DNA of 63,067 bases, counting the filler, from Anaerolineae bacterium (GTDB lineage Bacteria; Chloroflexota; Anaerolineae; Epilineales; Epilineaceae), in NCBI GenBank assembly GCA_029262755.1. It is 8 parts of 8 records of this genome, joined end to end, with 100 filler letters (N's around TTAATTAATTAA, not from the genome) between each part and the next. Parts side by side here need not be neighbours in the genome. Positions count along the whole stretch, not along the records: positions 32,990 to 44,658 come from JAJCYU010000354.1; positions 44,759 to 59,577 come from JAJCYU010000355.1; 6 more parts are not named here. The stretch is one strand, 5' to 3'. Under the pieces are notes generated by a model. The model ran no database searches and was not told the DNA's origin. It saw only the letters and a list, made by a program, of their open reading frames with translations. The position numbers were made by a program, and so were the translations under genes. This document shows, one piece after another, positions 40,119 to 50,371 of this stretch (position 1 is the first letter of the stretch; each line of letters starts with the position of its first letter).

Positions 40119-41245
40119 GCCGGGCCGCGGGAATCGCGCTGGCCGTTGCCGTCGCGTCCGCGTGGTCGGCGGCCGGCGCTGCGGGTCACGTGGATCCCGC
40201 GCACGTTGCGCGTGCACACGCCGGCTCCGTGGGCCTCGCGAACGCCGCGCGCGTTGCGGGCGCACCCGCCGAGGTCGCGACGGTCGACGTCCGCATCCTG
40301 GGCCACGACTCTCGTAGCGCCGGCATCCGCAACGCCGGCATCCGCGACGTCGGCTTCCTCGATGCCGCGCAAGAGCCCACGCAACACACGATCGAGATCG
40401 TGTCGATCCGTCCGCACGACGGCGACGCCTTCACCCAAGGTCTGCTGCTCCACGAGGGTCGCCTGTTCGAAAGCACCGGCCGGCGTGGCACGTCGACGGT
40501 GCGCGAGGTTGATCCCGTCTCGGGCGCCGTGCTGCGCCAACAGGCGCTGCCGGCTTCGGACTTCGGCGAAGGGCTCGCGCGCGTCGACGACCGGCTGATC
40601 CAGATCACGTGGCAGGCGGGCATCGCCCATGTCTGGGATCTCGAGAGCTTCGCACCGCGCACCACATTCGCCTACGAGGGTGAGGGTTGGGGCCTGTGCT
40701 ACGACGGGGCGCGGCTGGCGATGACGGACGGCGGCAGCAGGCTGATCTTTCGCGATCCCGCCACCTTCGCCGAGCTCGGTCGCGTCACGATCTGGCTGCG
40801 CGGAGCCGCGCTGCGCCGGGTCAACGAGCTGGAGTGCGTCGGCGATCGGGTCTGGGGCAACGTGTGGTTCGAGGACTTCATCGTCGCCATCGATCCCGTG
40901 ACCGGGAACGTGACCGACATCGTCGACGCATCGGCGCTCATGGAACGCATCCGCACCGAGTACCCCACCCACCCGAGCAACGTGCTCAACGGCATCGCCT
41001 TCGATCCGGACACCGGCCACTGGCTGCTGACGGGCAAGTTGTGGCCCGAGCTATACGAGGTCCGCTTTGTGCCCGTCGGTGCCGCGCCTTCGGCGACGCC
41101 CGTAGGGCCGGCGACGCCCTCCGCGACGCCGGTGCTGGATGCGACACCGACGGCGACGGCGACGCCGCTATCGACCGCGACGGCGACGCCGACCGCCACG
41201 GAGCCGGCATCGTTGTGGATGCCCTTCGCGTGGAAAGGCCGCTGA
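40115..41245 (+). CDS. Second glutaminyl-peptide cyclotransferase, with signal peptide, Pro/Thr tail and C-terminal LWMPFAWKGR
   Basis: Same motif series (AFTQGL, FESTG, FGEGL, EGWGL, VNELE, VLNGIAF, TGKLWP); ATGA-coupled to the first copy. Confidence 0.95.
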   Translation: MSRAAGIALAVAVASAWSAAGAAGHVDPAHVARAHAGSVGLANAARVAGAPAEVATVDVRILGHDSRSAGIRNAGIRDVGFLDAAQEPTQHTIEIVSIRPHDGDAFTQGLLLHEGRLFESTGRRGTSTVREVDPVSGAVLRQQALPASDFGEGLARVDDRLIQITWQAGIAHVWDLESFAPRTTFAYEGEGWGLCYDGARLAMTDGGSRLIFRDPATFAELGRVTIWLRGAALRRVNELECVGDRVWGNVWFEDFIVAIDPVTGNVTDIVDASALMERIRTEYPTHPSNVLNGIAFDPDTGHWLLTGKLWPELYEVRFVPVGAAPSATPVGPATPSATPVLDATPTATATPLSTATATPTATEPASLWMPFAWKGR

Positions 41246-41400
41246 TTGCGGGTCCGGTGAAGGCAGCAGGGCAGCGTCACGGATCGCAGCGCCACCGATC
41301 GCAGGGCCGTCGAATGTAGGACCAAGAAAAACATCCGCCAAGAATCGCCATCTCGTCGGCCACCGCCATACGAGATGCGCCCCCGACTAAGGAGTCTCGC

Positions 41401-41841
41401 ATGAACTTGCCCGAATACATCAGCCGTGACGAAGTGCAGCGCGTTTGCCGGGAGCTGGGACTCACGGATTGGACGCTCCCCGGCGCCGACGTCTCGCTTG
41501 AAGAGAGCCGCGTGCTACAAGCATTGCTCGGCGCCGAAGCGGCCGCGGTTTCGGACGCCGCCTTCCGCAAGGGGCTACAGGTGGAGCTTGAGCACGGCTT
41601 GGAATTCTCCGACGCCAACGTGACGAACAACCACCCCGTGCTGACCGCCAAGATCGTGCTGGCCCATCTCAAAGAGATGCTGGACTACTACGAACGACTC
41701 GAGGTGGCCGAGTTGGAAGGGGACATGCTGAAGGCGGCCGTTGCCGGCGAGGACGCCAAGCTACGGCAAATCTACGCCAAGCTGGTTCGTGCCCGAGCAG
41801 CGCTTGCACAGCACGAACTCGAGCAGCTCGCTAAAGGCTAA
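41401..41841 (+). CDS. DUF5661-family protein
   Basis: FRKGLQVELEHG..NVTNNHP..TAKIVLAHLKE..DYYERL; AAGGAG RBS. Confidence 0.8.
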   Translation: MNLPEYISRDEVQRVCRELGLTDWTLPGADVSLEESRVLQALLGAEAAAVSDAAFRKGLQVELEHGLEFSDANVTNNHPVLTAKIVLAHLKEMLDYYERLEVAELEGDMLKAAVAGEDAKLRQIYAKLVRARAALAQHELEQLAKG

Positions 41842-41856
41842 GGATCTGCTGAGCTC

Positions 41857-41898
41857 ACAACCTGCGGCCTGCAAACTGCGGCCTACAACCTACAAGAC
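41857..41898. repeat. Degenerate heptamer tandem repeat between convergent genes
   Basis: ACAACCT GCGGCCT GCAAACT GCGGCCT ACAACCT ACAAGAC. Confidence 0.7.
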
Positions 41899-41905
41899 CC
41901 GCAGC

Positions 41906-43117
41906 TTACAACCCCGCCGCGCTGCGCAGCTCGTCGGCGCGGTCGGTGGACTCCCACGGGAGGCTGATGTCGGGGCGGCCGAAGTGGCCGTAGGCGGCCG
42001 TCTGGCGGAAGATGGGCTTGCGCAGGCCGAGGTCGCGGATGATCGCGCCGGGGCGGAGGTCGAAGCGGTCGATGACGAGGCTGCGGATCTTGAGCGGGTC
42101 GATGGCTTCGGTGCCGAAGGTCTCGATGTTGAAGGAGACCGGTTCCGCGACACCGATAGCGTAGGCCACCTGGATCTCGACGCGATCGGCCAGGCCGGCG
42201 GCCACGATGTTCTTGGCCACCCAGCGGGCGGCGTAAGCGCCGGAGCGGTCGACCTTGGTGGCGTCCTTGCCGCTGAACGCGCCGCCGCCGTGGCTGGCCA
42301 TGCCGCCGTAGGTGTCGACGATGATCTTGCGGCCGGTCAGGCCCGCGTCGCCGACGGGGCCGCCGATGACGAAGCGGCCCGTGGGGTTGACCAGGAAGCG
42401 GGTGGCTTCGCTCAGGTACTGGTCGGGCACCGTCGGACGAATGACCGACTCGATGAGGTCATTCTCGATCTGGGCCAGGCTCACGTCGGGGTCGTGCTGC
42501 GTGGAGATCAGGACCGTGGGCACCCGCTTGGGCACGCCGTGGTCATACTCGACCGTCACCTGGCTCTTGCCGTCCGGACGCAGGTAGCTCACCTCGCCGC
42601 TCTTGCGCACCTCGGCCAGCTTGCGCGTCAGTGCGTGGGACAGGGCGATGGGCAGCGGCATGAGCTCCGGCGTCTCGCGGCAGGCGAAGCCGATCATCAT
42701 GCCCTGGTCGCCGGCGCCGACAGCTTCGACATCCGCATCGGACATTGCGCCCTCGCGGTGCTCCAGCGCGTCGTCCACACCCATGGCGATGTCCGGGCTC
42801 TGGCCCTTGAGCACCGTCAGGATGCCGCAGCTGCGGTAGTCCATACCGCGGTCCTCGTGGTCGTAGCCGATGTCGCGCACGACCTCGCGCGCGACCCGGG
42901 ACACATCGACGTAGCCCTTGGACGTGATCTCGCCGGTGATGAAGAGCAGACCGCTCGTGGCCGTGGTCTCACAGGCCACCCGCGAGCGCGGGTCCTCGGC
43001 GAGGTAGGCGTCGAGGATGCCGTCGGAGACCTGGTCGCATAGCTTGTCAGGATGACCCTCGGTCACGGACTCGCTGGTGTACAGGTAGCTGGGCGAGCTG
43101 AGGAACGCAGTGCTCAT
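41906..43117 (-). CDS. metK: S-adenosylmethionine synthetase
   Basis: [49 protein letters not shown]. Confidence 0.98.
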   Translation of the reverse strand: MSTAFLSSPSYLYTSESVTEGHPDKLCDQVSDGILDAYLAEDPRSRVACETTATSGLLFITGEITSKGYVDVSRVAREVVRDIGYDHEDRGMDYRSCGILTVLKGQSPDIAMGVDDALEHREGAMSDADVEAVGAGDQGMMIGFACRETPELMPLPIALSHALTRKLAEVRKSGEVSYLRPDGKSQVTVEYDHGVPKRVPTVLISTQHDPDVSLAQIENDLIESVIRPTVPDQYLSEATRFLVNPTGRFVIGGPVGDAGLTGRKIIVDTYGGMASHGGGAFSGKDATKVDRSGAYAARWVAKNIVAAGLADRVEIQVAYAIGVAEPVSFNIETFGTEAIDPLKIRSLVIDRFDLRPGAIIRDLGLRKPIFRQTAAYGHFGRPDISLPWESTDRADELRSAAGL

Positions 43118-43127
43118 GGCGGTTCTC

Positions 43128-44114
43128 CTAGGCGTTGCGGCGGACGAGCAGGTCGGCCAGCGCGGCGGGCGCCGGACCGAAATGCGCGGCGTATCGTTCG
43201 AGGAAGGAAGCAGCGTCGAAGGCGTGGTTCTGCGTGCCGAGGCTCTCGAGGCAGTACGTGGCACACAAGGCGCCGACGCGGCCCGCTACAGGCCACGGGA
43301 TATCGTGTTGGAGTCCGACGAGCACGCCGGCTCGGTAGGCGTCGCCGACGCCGGTCGGGTCCGCTTCCACGTCGGCCGGCACCACCGGCACCGCATGGCT
43401 CACACCGTCGTGGACGATGATGGAGCCCTGCTCGCCGTGCGTGATGATGAGCGTCTCCACGGTGTCGCGTAGGTCGGCTTCGCCCATGCCCGTCTTGTCG
43501 CGGATCAGCTCCGCCTCGTACTCGTTGGCGATCAGCAGCCGGCAGCCCTCGATACCCGCGCGTAGCGCGTCGCCGTCGAGGCGTACGATCTGCTGGCTGG
43601 GGTCATAGACGTAGGGGAGTTTCAGCGCGATGCATTCGCGCACCAGCTTGTCCATGGCTTCCGGCGCGTTGGGGGCAATGATCACGCTGCCGATCTCCGC
43701 CCGATCCGCTGCGGAAAGGTCGTGCAGCGAAAGGTCCGTCGCGCCGCCCATCGCGCCGATGTAGAAGCTGGCGATCTGGCGATTGCCTTGGTCCGTAGAG
43801 ACGAAGAAGCTCGCGGTGTGCTCCTCGGCCATCGAATGCACGAGCGAGCAATCCACGCCGAAGGCCTCCAGACGCGCACGATCCGGCGCCCAGTCTGCGC
43901 CAACCGTGGCCATGACCCTGGGGCGTTCGCCGAGCAGCGCGAGGTTGAAGCCGATGTTGGCCGCGCAGCCACCCGGCTCGCGTCGCAAACTGTCCACGAG
44001 GAAGCTGACCGAGAGTACCTCGATCTTGTCGGGCAAGATGTGCTCCCGAAAGTCGCCGGGGAAGCCCATGATGAAGTCGTTGGCCACGGAGCCCGTGACA
44101 AGAACATGGCTCAT
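43128..44114 (-). CDS. PfkB-family kinase, adenosine kinase-like
   Basis: [26 protein letters not shown]-like [29 protein letters not shown]; lies between mtnA and metK. Confidence 0.88.
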   Translation of the reverse strand: MSHVLVTGSVANDFIMGFPGDFREHILPDKIEVLSVSFLVDSLRREPGGCAANIGFNLALLGERPRVMATVGADWAPDRARLEAFGVDCSLVHSMAEEHTASFFVSTDQGNRQIASFYIGAMGGATDLSLHDLSAADRAEIGSVIIAPNAPEAMDKLVRECIALKLPYVYDPSQQIVRLDGDALRAGIEGCRLLIANEYEAELIRDKTGMGEADLRDTVETLIITHGEQGSIIVHDGVSHAVPVVPADVEADPTGVGDAYRAGVLVGLQHDIPWPVAGRVGALCATYCLESLGTQNHAFDAASFLERYAAHFGPAPAALADLLVRRNA

Positions 44115-44658
44115 GCAGGTCGGTCCTGGTTGGAGGCGGCGGGCGTCTCGGCCCGCGCGGCGGCGACGGCGGCGCGTAGGCCGGCGTCGAAGGGCGCACG
44201 CACGACGCCCTGTTCGGTGACGATGGCGCTGATGTAGCGATGCGGGGTGATGTCGAAGGCCGGGTTGGCCGCGGCCACGCCCTCAGGCGCGATGCGGGTG
44301 CCCGACAGTGAAGTGACCTCGTCGGCGCTGCGTTCCTCGATCGGAATCTCGTCGCCGGTCGGGGTCGCCAGATCGACCGTCGAGGTCGGCGCGACGACGT
44401 ACACCGGCACGCCGTTCTCGCGTGCGACCACCGCCAACGGGTACGTGCCGATCTTGTTGGCGACGTCGCCGTTCGCGGCAACCCGGTCCGCGCCGACGAG
44501 CACCGCGTCGATGCCGCCGCGGCGCAGGTGGTAGCCGGCCGCGCTATCCGCGATGAGCGTCTGCGGCACGCCGAGGCGCGCAAGCTCCCACGTGGTCAGC
44601 CGCGCGCCTTGGAGGCGCGGCCGGGTTTCGTCGACCAGGACGTGCAGGTTCTTGCCGG
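44111..44658 (-). CDS. mtnA: S-methyl-5-thioribose-1-phosphate isomerase, 5'-truncated
   Basis: [45 protein letters not shown]. Confidence 0.95.
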
Positions 44659-44758
44659 NNNNNNNNNNNNNNNNNNNNNNNNNNNNNNNNNNNNNNNNNN
44701 NNTTAATTAATTAANNNNNNNNNNNNNNNNNNNNNNNNNNNNNNNNNNNNNNNNNNNN
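44659..44758. other. Artificial contig spacer
   Basis: N44-TTAATTAATTAA-N44. Confidence 0.99.
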
Positions 44759-45575
44759 GCATGAGCAGGCCGATCACGGTTATGGCGCCGCCCCATGCGA
44801 GCACCTTGCCCCAAGCAACGTCTTCTCCGCGGGGTTCGGGCGCAGTGGGTAGTGGCCGGCTCGCGCTGTCAAGAGGTGCTGCAACCAGGGCCGTGATGTT
44901 GTCCCAGCCGCCCCGAGCATTGGCCTGACTGACCAGCGCGTCGGCGGCCTCCTGCGGCGTCTTGCCCGCAGTCGCCGCGGCGATCTGCTCGTCGCGCAGC
45001 AATTGGTGAACCCCATCGGAGCACAAGAGGATGCGATCGCCGGGGCCCAAAGGGATGGGGTCGGACAGGACGGGGCGGGGCGCGTCGCCGCGACCAAGGT
45101 GCGCGGCCTCGACGGTGCCTTCGTCGGTCAGCCGGTACGCTCGGCCCTCTCGGACGAGGTATCCGCGACAGTCCCCGACATGGCCGATTCGCAACTCGTC
45201 GCCACGGACCACGGCTGCCACGACGGTGGCGCCTGCGTCCGACTCATCCGGGGTGTCCGCCAACGAGCGGCGAAGCTCCCTGTCGGCGGCCGAAAGCGCG
45301 ACGGCGAGCGCGTCGCCGCGCCCGTGTTCGGCGACGGCCGCATAGTACGCGCGCACTACGACGCGGATCGCTTCGTCCGCAAGGGCCGCGCCGCGTTCAC
45401 GCGTGCCCATGCCGTCGGCGACGACATAGATCGAGCCGGCGAGATCGGCCAGTCTCGGATCATCCGGGACGTAGAAGCCGAGCTTGTCTTGGTTGAAGTT
45501 GCCGCCGCGGCCAACGTCGGTGGCGTAGCCGAGCGTGGCATCCGATTGCGAGGCCAAGGGGCAATCCCCGAGCAT
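44759..45575 (-). CDS. PP2C-type Ser/Thr protein phosphatase with C-terminal TM, 3'-truncated
   Basis: TDVGR..NQD, VVADGMG, HVGDCR, LLCSDGV, GGWDNIT. Confidence 0.9.
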
Positions 45576-45845
45576 GGGTGGTCGTGCTGTCCGGACCGCC
45601 TCCGGCGGTGGCTGCAGGTCCGCGAAATCCGGGCACGACGAGAGAGCCCCCGCATTGGGGGGCGAGCAAGTCTATACGGCCCGCCGACGCAGGGTCAAGG
45701 ACTCGGCCCCCGAATCCGGTTCTTCCGCGGATCGCTCAAGCGGCCCTTGTGCTATCATCAGCGCCGCTGGAAAGGCTTCCAGCACGGTCCCCACCAAAGC
45801 GGACCGGCTTATAGCATCACGTTGTGCGTTCCACGGAGGACCCAC

Positions 45846-46079
45846 TTGACGACCAATGAGAAGATTGAGGTAGAAGGTGTGGTCACCGAGGCCCTACCCA
45901 ACACCATGTTTAAGGTAAAGCTGGATACGGGCCAGGACGTTCTGGCCTATCTGTCCGGCCGTATGAAGAAGTACTATATCAAGGTCCTTTTGGGCGACCG
46001 CGTGCGTGTTGAGTTGTCGCCGTACGACATCACGCGTGGTCGCATCACGTACCGCCACCGGGTCGCTCGAGCGAACTAG
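45846..46079 (+). CDS. infA: Translation initiation factor IF-1
   Basis: TTG start after [50 protein letters not shown]. Confidence 0.97.
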   Translation: MTTNEKIEVEGVVTEALPNTMFKVKLDTGQDVLAYLSGRMKKYYIKVLLGDRVRVELSPYDITRGRITYRHRVARAN

Positions 46080-46204
46080 GCGCACGTGGCTGGGATCCGG
46101 GCGCGCCATCGAAGGTGGTGGGCGATGCTTAGGGCTAGCCCGATCATAGTATCCGCGATTCGGCTATTCACGCGCGACATTGCCCACGTCCAAGGCACAG
46201 ATCC

Positions 46205-47890
46205 GTGAGCCCGACGACCCCGTCGGGCGCCTCGGTCGTTAAGCACACCGCCGGACACGACGACGCGGTCGCAATGTGTGCGGTGGGGCTCGGCAAACGC
46301 TTCGAACATTCGTGGGCGTTGCGGTCGGTAGATCTACGGATCGCGTACGGCCGGGTCACCGCCTTGCTCGGCCCGAATGGGGCCGGCAAGTCTACCCTCC
46401 TCGCCTTGGCTTCCACCCATTTACGACCGACCACCGGACGTCTCGAGATCGCGGGACACGACGCGCAGCGCGCCGGCGCTGCCGTTCGCGCGCACATCGG
46501 GCTGGTGTCGCATCGGCCCATGCTGTATCCGGATCTCAGCGCGGCGGAGAATCTCGCCTATGTCGTGCGAATGTACGGCCTCGATCGCGTCGAAGAGCGC
46601 GTCGAGGCCGCGCTCCGTGACGTAGACCTCTTTCCACGCCGTCGGGAGCGTGTCAGCACCTTGTCACGAGGCATGCAACAACGGTTGGCCTTGGCGCGCG
46701 CGATGGTCCACACCCCCGACATGGTGCTACTCGACGAGCCCTTTGCCGGTCTCGATCGTGCCGCGGCCGTCGGTCTGGACGAGCGGGTCGCCGCAGCAGC
46801 CGGCCGCGGTGCGGCCGTGCTGGTCGCGACCCACGATTTGGAACGCGCAGCCATCCTCGCCGACGACGCTGTTATCCTCGTGAAGGGCCGTGTCGCATGG
46901 TCCGGCCCGATCGAGGGTACGGACCCACGGCCGTTGCGCCGGCGATACGAAGACGCCCTGAACGTCGGCGCTCCGAAGCGCGGAATTGCGGGCAAGAGAG
47001 AAGAAGACCTCACCTTCGCCCCGACCTCGCCCCGCCATGAGCGCTCCGCGGATGCCAACCGTGGGATCGGCACGGAGCCCGCGATTCCACCGACGGCCAT
47101 GCAAGCTGGTGCCCTGTCGTCGACGAACGAGCCCGTTGCGGTGTTCCGTACGCCGGCTGGTCTGGACGATTCACACGTCGCGGGTGCGCCGCGTCCGGTT
47201 GCCGGTGTGCTCGCCGTTGCACGTGCCGTCGCCGCCAAGAACATTCGGGTGGAATGGCGAACCCGTGAGGTGATGCCTTCCGTGATCTTGTTTGCCGTCG
47301 TATCCATGGTGCTCCTCGGTAGAGCCCTGCTTGCGACCGGTCCGGAACTCCACCGGATTGCGCCCAGCGCGCTGTGGATCTCGTTGTTGCTCGGCTCGAC
47401 CCTCGGCCTCACCCGCACGCTGTCCGGCGAAGCATCCCACGGTGGCCTGGCGGGTACTTTGGTGAGCCCTGCCGATCGGGGCGGTATCTTCTTGGGTACC
47501 TGGTGGACAGCGTGGGCCTACACGACCGTTTTGGGGTGGCTGTTGCTGCCCATCGCGGTGGCCCTCTTTCGACTCTCTCCCGATCCGCGTAATCTGGCCG
47601 CCGCGGCGGGCGTTGTGCTCCTGGGCGCCGCCGGCTGGTCTGCCGCGGGCGTCCTGCTCTCTGCCGCCGCACTCGGTGCTCGAGCACGCGAGATTCTGCT
47701 ACCGGTGTTGCTTTACCCGCTGGCGCTGCCCCTCGTCGTGCCGGCCGTCGATGAAACATCGCGACTCCTTGTCACGAACGCCACCTCCGAGGCGAGCCCG
47801 GGAGCCGCCATCGTGCTGCTTGCGGCCTACGCGCTGATCTACGTCGTCGGTGGCTTCCTACTCTTCGGCATCGTCATCGACCAAGGCTAA
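46205..47890 (+). CDS. Fused heme-export ABC ATPase CcmA plus permease CcmB
   Basis: GPNGAGKST, LSRGMQQRL, LLDEPF; then KNIRVEWRTRE, ALWISLLLG, SPADRGGIFLG, REILLPVLLYPLALP (CcmB). There is no intervening stop. Confidence 0.85.
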   Translation: MSPTTPSGASVVKHTAGHDDAVAMCAVGLGKRFEHSWALRSVDLRIAYGRVTALLGPNGAGKSTLLALASTHLRPTTGRLEIAGHDAQRAGAAVRAHIGLVSHRPMLYPDLSAAENLAYVVRMYGLDRVEERVEAALRDVDLFPRRRERVSTLSRGMQQRLALARAMVHTPDMVLLDEPFAGLDRAAAVGLDERVAAAAGRGAAVLVATHDLERAAILADDAVILVKGRVAWSGPIEGTDPRPLRRRYEDALNVGAPKRGIAGKREEDLTFAPTSPRHERSADANRGIGTEPAIPPTAMQAGALSSTNEPVAVFRTPAGLDDSHVAGAPRPVAGVLAVARAVAAKNIRVEWRTREVMPSVILFAVVSMVLLGRALLATGPELHRIAPSALWISLLLGSTLGLTRTLSGEASHGGLAGTLVSPADRGGIFLGTWWTAWAYTTVLGWLLLPIAVALFRLSPDPRNLAAAAGVVLLGAAGWSAAGVLLSAAALGARAREILLPVLLYPLALPLVVPAVDETSRLLVTNATSEASPGAAIVLLAAYALIYVVGGFLLFGIVIDQG

Positions 47891-47982
47891 GGGCAAGCTG
47901 CCATACGAATCGCACCGTACTCGGACACCATCGGGTGGCGTACCGGTACACTACCCGCAATCGGATCGTCAGGAGCCCTGCC

Positions 47983-48672
47983 ATGGATCTGCGCCGCCTA
48001 TCCCGTGCACTCGCTGCGCTCAGCCTCGGGCTGGTCGTTGTTTCGTTGTACGTCGTGTTCGTGCGGACGCCGGAGGAGCGCGTCATGGGCGAACGCATTC
48101 GCATCCTCTTCGTGCACGTCGGGGCTGCGTGGGTCGCGTACCTCTCCTACGCGGTTACGATGGTGGGTGCAGTGCTCTTTTTGGTGCGCCGCGACGTTCG
48201 ATGGGATCGGCTGGCTGCTGCGTCCGCGGAGTGGGGCGTTGTGTTGACCTCGATCACCTTGCTGACGGGCAGCATTTGGGCTCGAAGCGTGAACGGTTGG
48301 TGGTGGCGCTGGGACGATTCGCGGCTCAACCTGACCCTCATCCTCTGGTTTCTTTACGTCGGCTACCTGATCCTCCGACGCGCCTTGGACGGCGAGGCGA
48401 GAGCGGCCGTCACCGCCGTCGTTGCGATCGCCGGTCTGCCCGCGGCCGTGCTGAACCACTTCGCGACGCTTTTGTTTCGAACCTTTCATCCGGATCCGAT
48501 CATTAGCCGACCTGATCAAGCCGCGGCGGACGATCCCTTCTTATGGGCGCTCATGTTGTCGTTGGCGGCGTACACGGCGATCTACGCCTGGCTCCTCGTC
48601 GAACGGGTTCGCGTGTCCGAGGTGCGTCAGTCGGTCCGCGATGCACGTGCGGATCTCGACGGCGCGACCTAG
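47983..48672 (+). CDS. ccmC: Cytochrome c biogenesis heme exporter CcmC
   Basis: RILFVHV (His), Trp-rich TGSIWARSVNGWWWRWDDSRL, second His in LNHFA. Confidence 0.9.
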   Translation: MDLRRLSRALAALSLGLVVVSLYVVFVRTPEERVMGERIRILFVHVGAAWVAYLSYAVTMVGAVLFLVRRDVRWDRLAAASAEWGVVLTSITLLTGSIWARSVNGWWWRWDDSRLNLTLILWFLYVGYLILRRALDGEARAAVTAVVAIAGLPAAVLNHFATLLFRTFHPDPIISRPDQAAADDPFLWALMLSLAAYTAIYAWLLVERVRVSEVRQSVRDARADLDGAT

Positions 48673-48805
48673 GCTCGGGCCGGATGGAAACGGGTGCTGC
48701 TCGCCCCACAATCGATCGGGAGCGCCTCTACGCTTCCCGTGTGCGCATCCCGGTCGGGCCATGGCCTTTTTCGCAGCGATCTTCCGGTGCGATCACGGCT
48801 AACCC

Positions 48806-48835
48806 TAGACAGCGGGCCGCGGCGCTCGGTATAAT
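48806..48835 (+). promoter_or_regulatory. Candidate sigma70 promoter for the liv operon
   Basis: TAGACA-N18-TATAAT. Confidence 0.55.
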
Positions 48836-48958
48836 CACGATGTTGCGGTGACGACACGTCGGGCGAACCGGCGCCGTCGCCGCGCGCCCCGCGAGCGAAT
48901 GCGGGCGATGGGCCGGCTTCGGGTCGGCCCACGTTTCCCCACAGTGAGGAGAGTACCA

Positions 48959-50371
48959 ATGCGCAGTATTCGATGGCTTAGCCTGTTGATGGCGATCGTC
49001 CTGCTTGGCGGCGTCGTGGTGGCTTGTAGCTCGGACGACGAGCCCGAGGACACGGGATCGGACGTCGAGCAGGTCGACGATTCCACGAACGCCGACGACG
49101 GCGAGATGGACGACGAGGATGCGGACGAGGACGACGACGTGGCCGAGGGCGATGTCGAAGACGTCGATGGCGAAGAGATGGACGAGGACATGGCCGGCGG
49201 TATGTCGGTCGAAGATGTCATGGCCGACTCGCTGGGCGTGATCGAGCTCGGGCCGGATGACCCGATCGAGATCGGGGCGATGTTTGTGCTCTCGGGCCCG
49301 AACGAGTCGCTCGGTGTCGACTCGCGCGATGGCGTAGAGCTGGCCATCGACACGATCGGCGACCTGCTCGGTCACCAGGTCGTGCTGACCGCAGAGGATT
49401 CGCAGTGCAGCCCGGAGGGCGGCCAGACGGCCGCGACCCGCCTTGCGGCTGACGAAAACCTCGTCGGCGTGATCGGGACCAACTGCTCCGGCGCCGCGGA
49501 GCCGGCCATTCCGATCGTCTGCGACGCGGGCATGGTCATGATCTCCCCGTCGAACACGGCGCCCAAGCTGACCGCGTCGGATCGCCCGGCGAGCTTCGGA
49601 TGCTACCTCCGCACGGCTCACAACGACCTGTTCCAGGGTCGCGTAGCAGCCGATTTCGCCTACACGGAGCAGGGTCTGCGCAAGGCCGCGACGATCCACG
49701 ACGGTAGCCCCTACGCCGAGGAACTGCAGAACGTTTTCGCGCTGCGCTTCCAAGAACTGGGCGGCGAGATCACGGCGCAGGAAGCCGTGAACGTCAACGA
49801 CACGGACATGGCGCCGGTGTTGACCGCGATCGCGGCCACGGAGCCGGACGTCATCTACTACCCGATCTTCACCGCCGAGGGCGGCTTCGTGACGGCGCAG
49901 GCGCGCGACACGGCCGGTCTTGAAGACGTGACGCTCATGGGCGCGGACGGCCTCTTCTCGGCCGACTTCGTCGATGCCGCGGGTGAAGCCGCAACGGGCA
50001 TGTTCCTGTCGGGCCCCTTCGTGGGCGACAGCGACCTGTACGACGATTTCCTCCTCGCACTGGAGGACAAGTACGGCCGCGGCCCGCTCTCGGGCTTCCA
50101 CGCGCATGCCTACGATGCCACGATGATGTTGCTCAACGCGGCGGTCGCCGCCGCGGCCGTGACCGAGGACGGTGGGCTTGTGATCGGTCGTCAGGCGCTG
50201 CGCGATGCGCTGTACGCCACCACGAGCTATGAAGGTCTGACGGGCAGCTTGACCTGCGACGAGCAGGGCGACTGCGCGACGGGCGAGGCCCTCGCGGTCT
50301 TCGAGATCACGGCGGACGTCGCCGCGGATCCGGAAGGCACCTGGCCGCCGGGAACGGTGTACCAGCCGTAG
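48959..50371 (+). CDS. Branched-chain amino acid ABC transporter substrate-binding lipoprotein (LivK/LivJ family)
   Basis: Lipobox VVAC, acidic linker, GVELAI, VIGTNCSGAA, ISPSNTAP, AYDAT, GLTG. Confidence 0.92.
   Translation: MRSIRWLSLLMAIVLLGGVVVACSSDDEPEDTGSDVEQVDDSTNADDGEMDDEDADEDDDVAEGDVEDVDGEEMDEDMAGGMSVEDVMADSLGVIELGPDDPIEIGAMFVLSGPNESLGVDSRDGVELAIDTIGDLLGHQVVLTAEDSQCSPEGGQTAATRLAADENLVGVIGTNCSGAAEPAIPIVCDAGMVMISPSNTAPKLTASDRPASFGCYLRTAHNDLFQGRVAADFAYTEQGLRKAATIHDGSPYAEELQNVFALRFQELGGEITAQEAVNVNDTDMAPVLTAIAATEPDVIYYPIFTAEGGFVTAQARDTAGLEDVTLMGADGLFSADFVDAAGEAATGMFLSGPFVGDSDLYDDFLLALEDKYGRGPLSGFHAHAYDATMMLLNAAVAAAAVTEDGGLVIGRQALRDALYATTSYEGLTGSLTCDEQGDCATGEALAVFEITADVAADPEGTWPPGTVYQP

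Noticed and set aside
41213..41245. Sortase LPxTG or PEP-CTERM signal on the second glutaminyl cyclase
   Set aside because: No TG, no following TM helix and no basic cluster; treated instead as the distinct shared motif.
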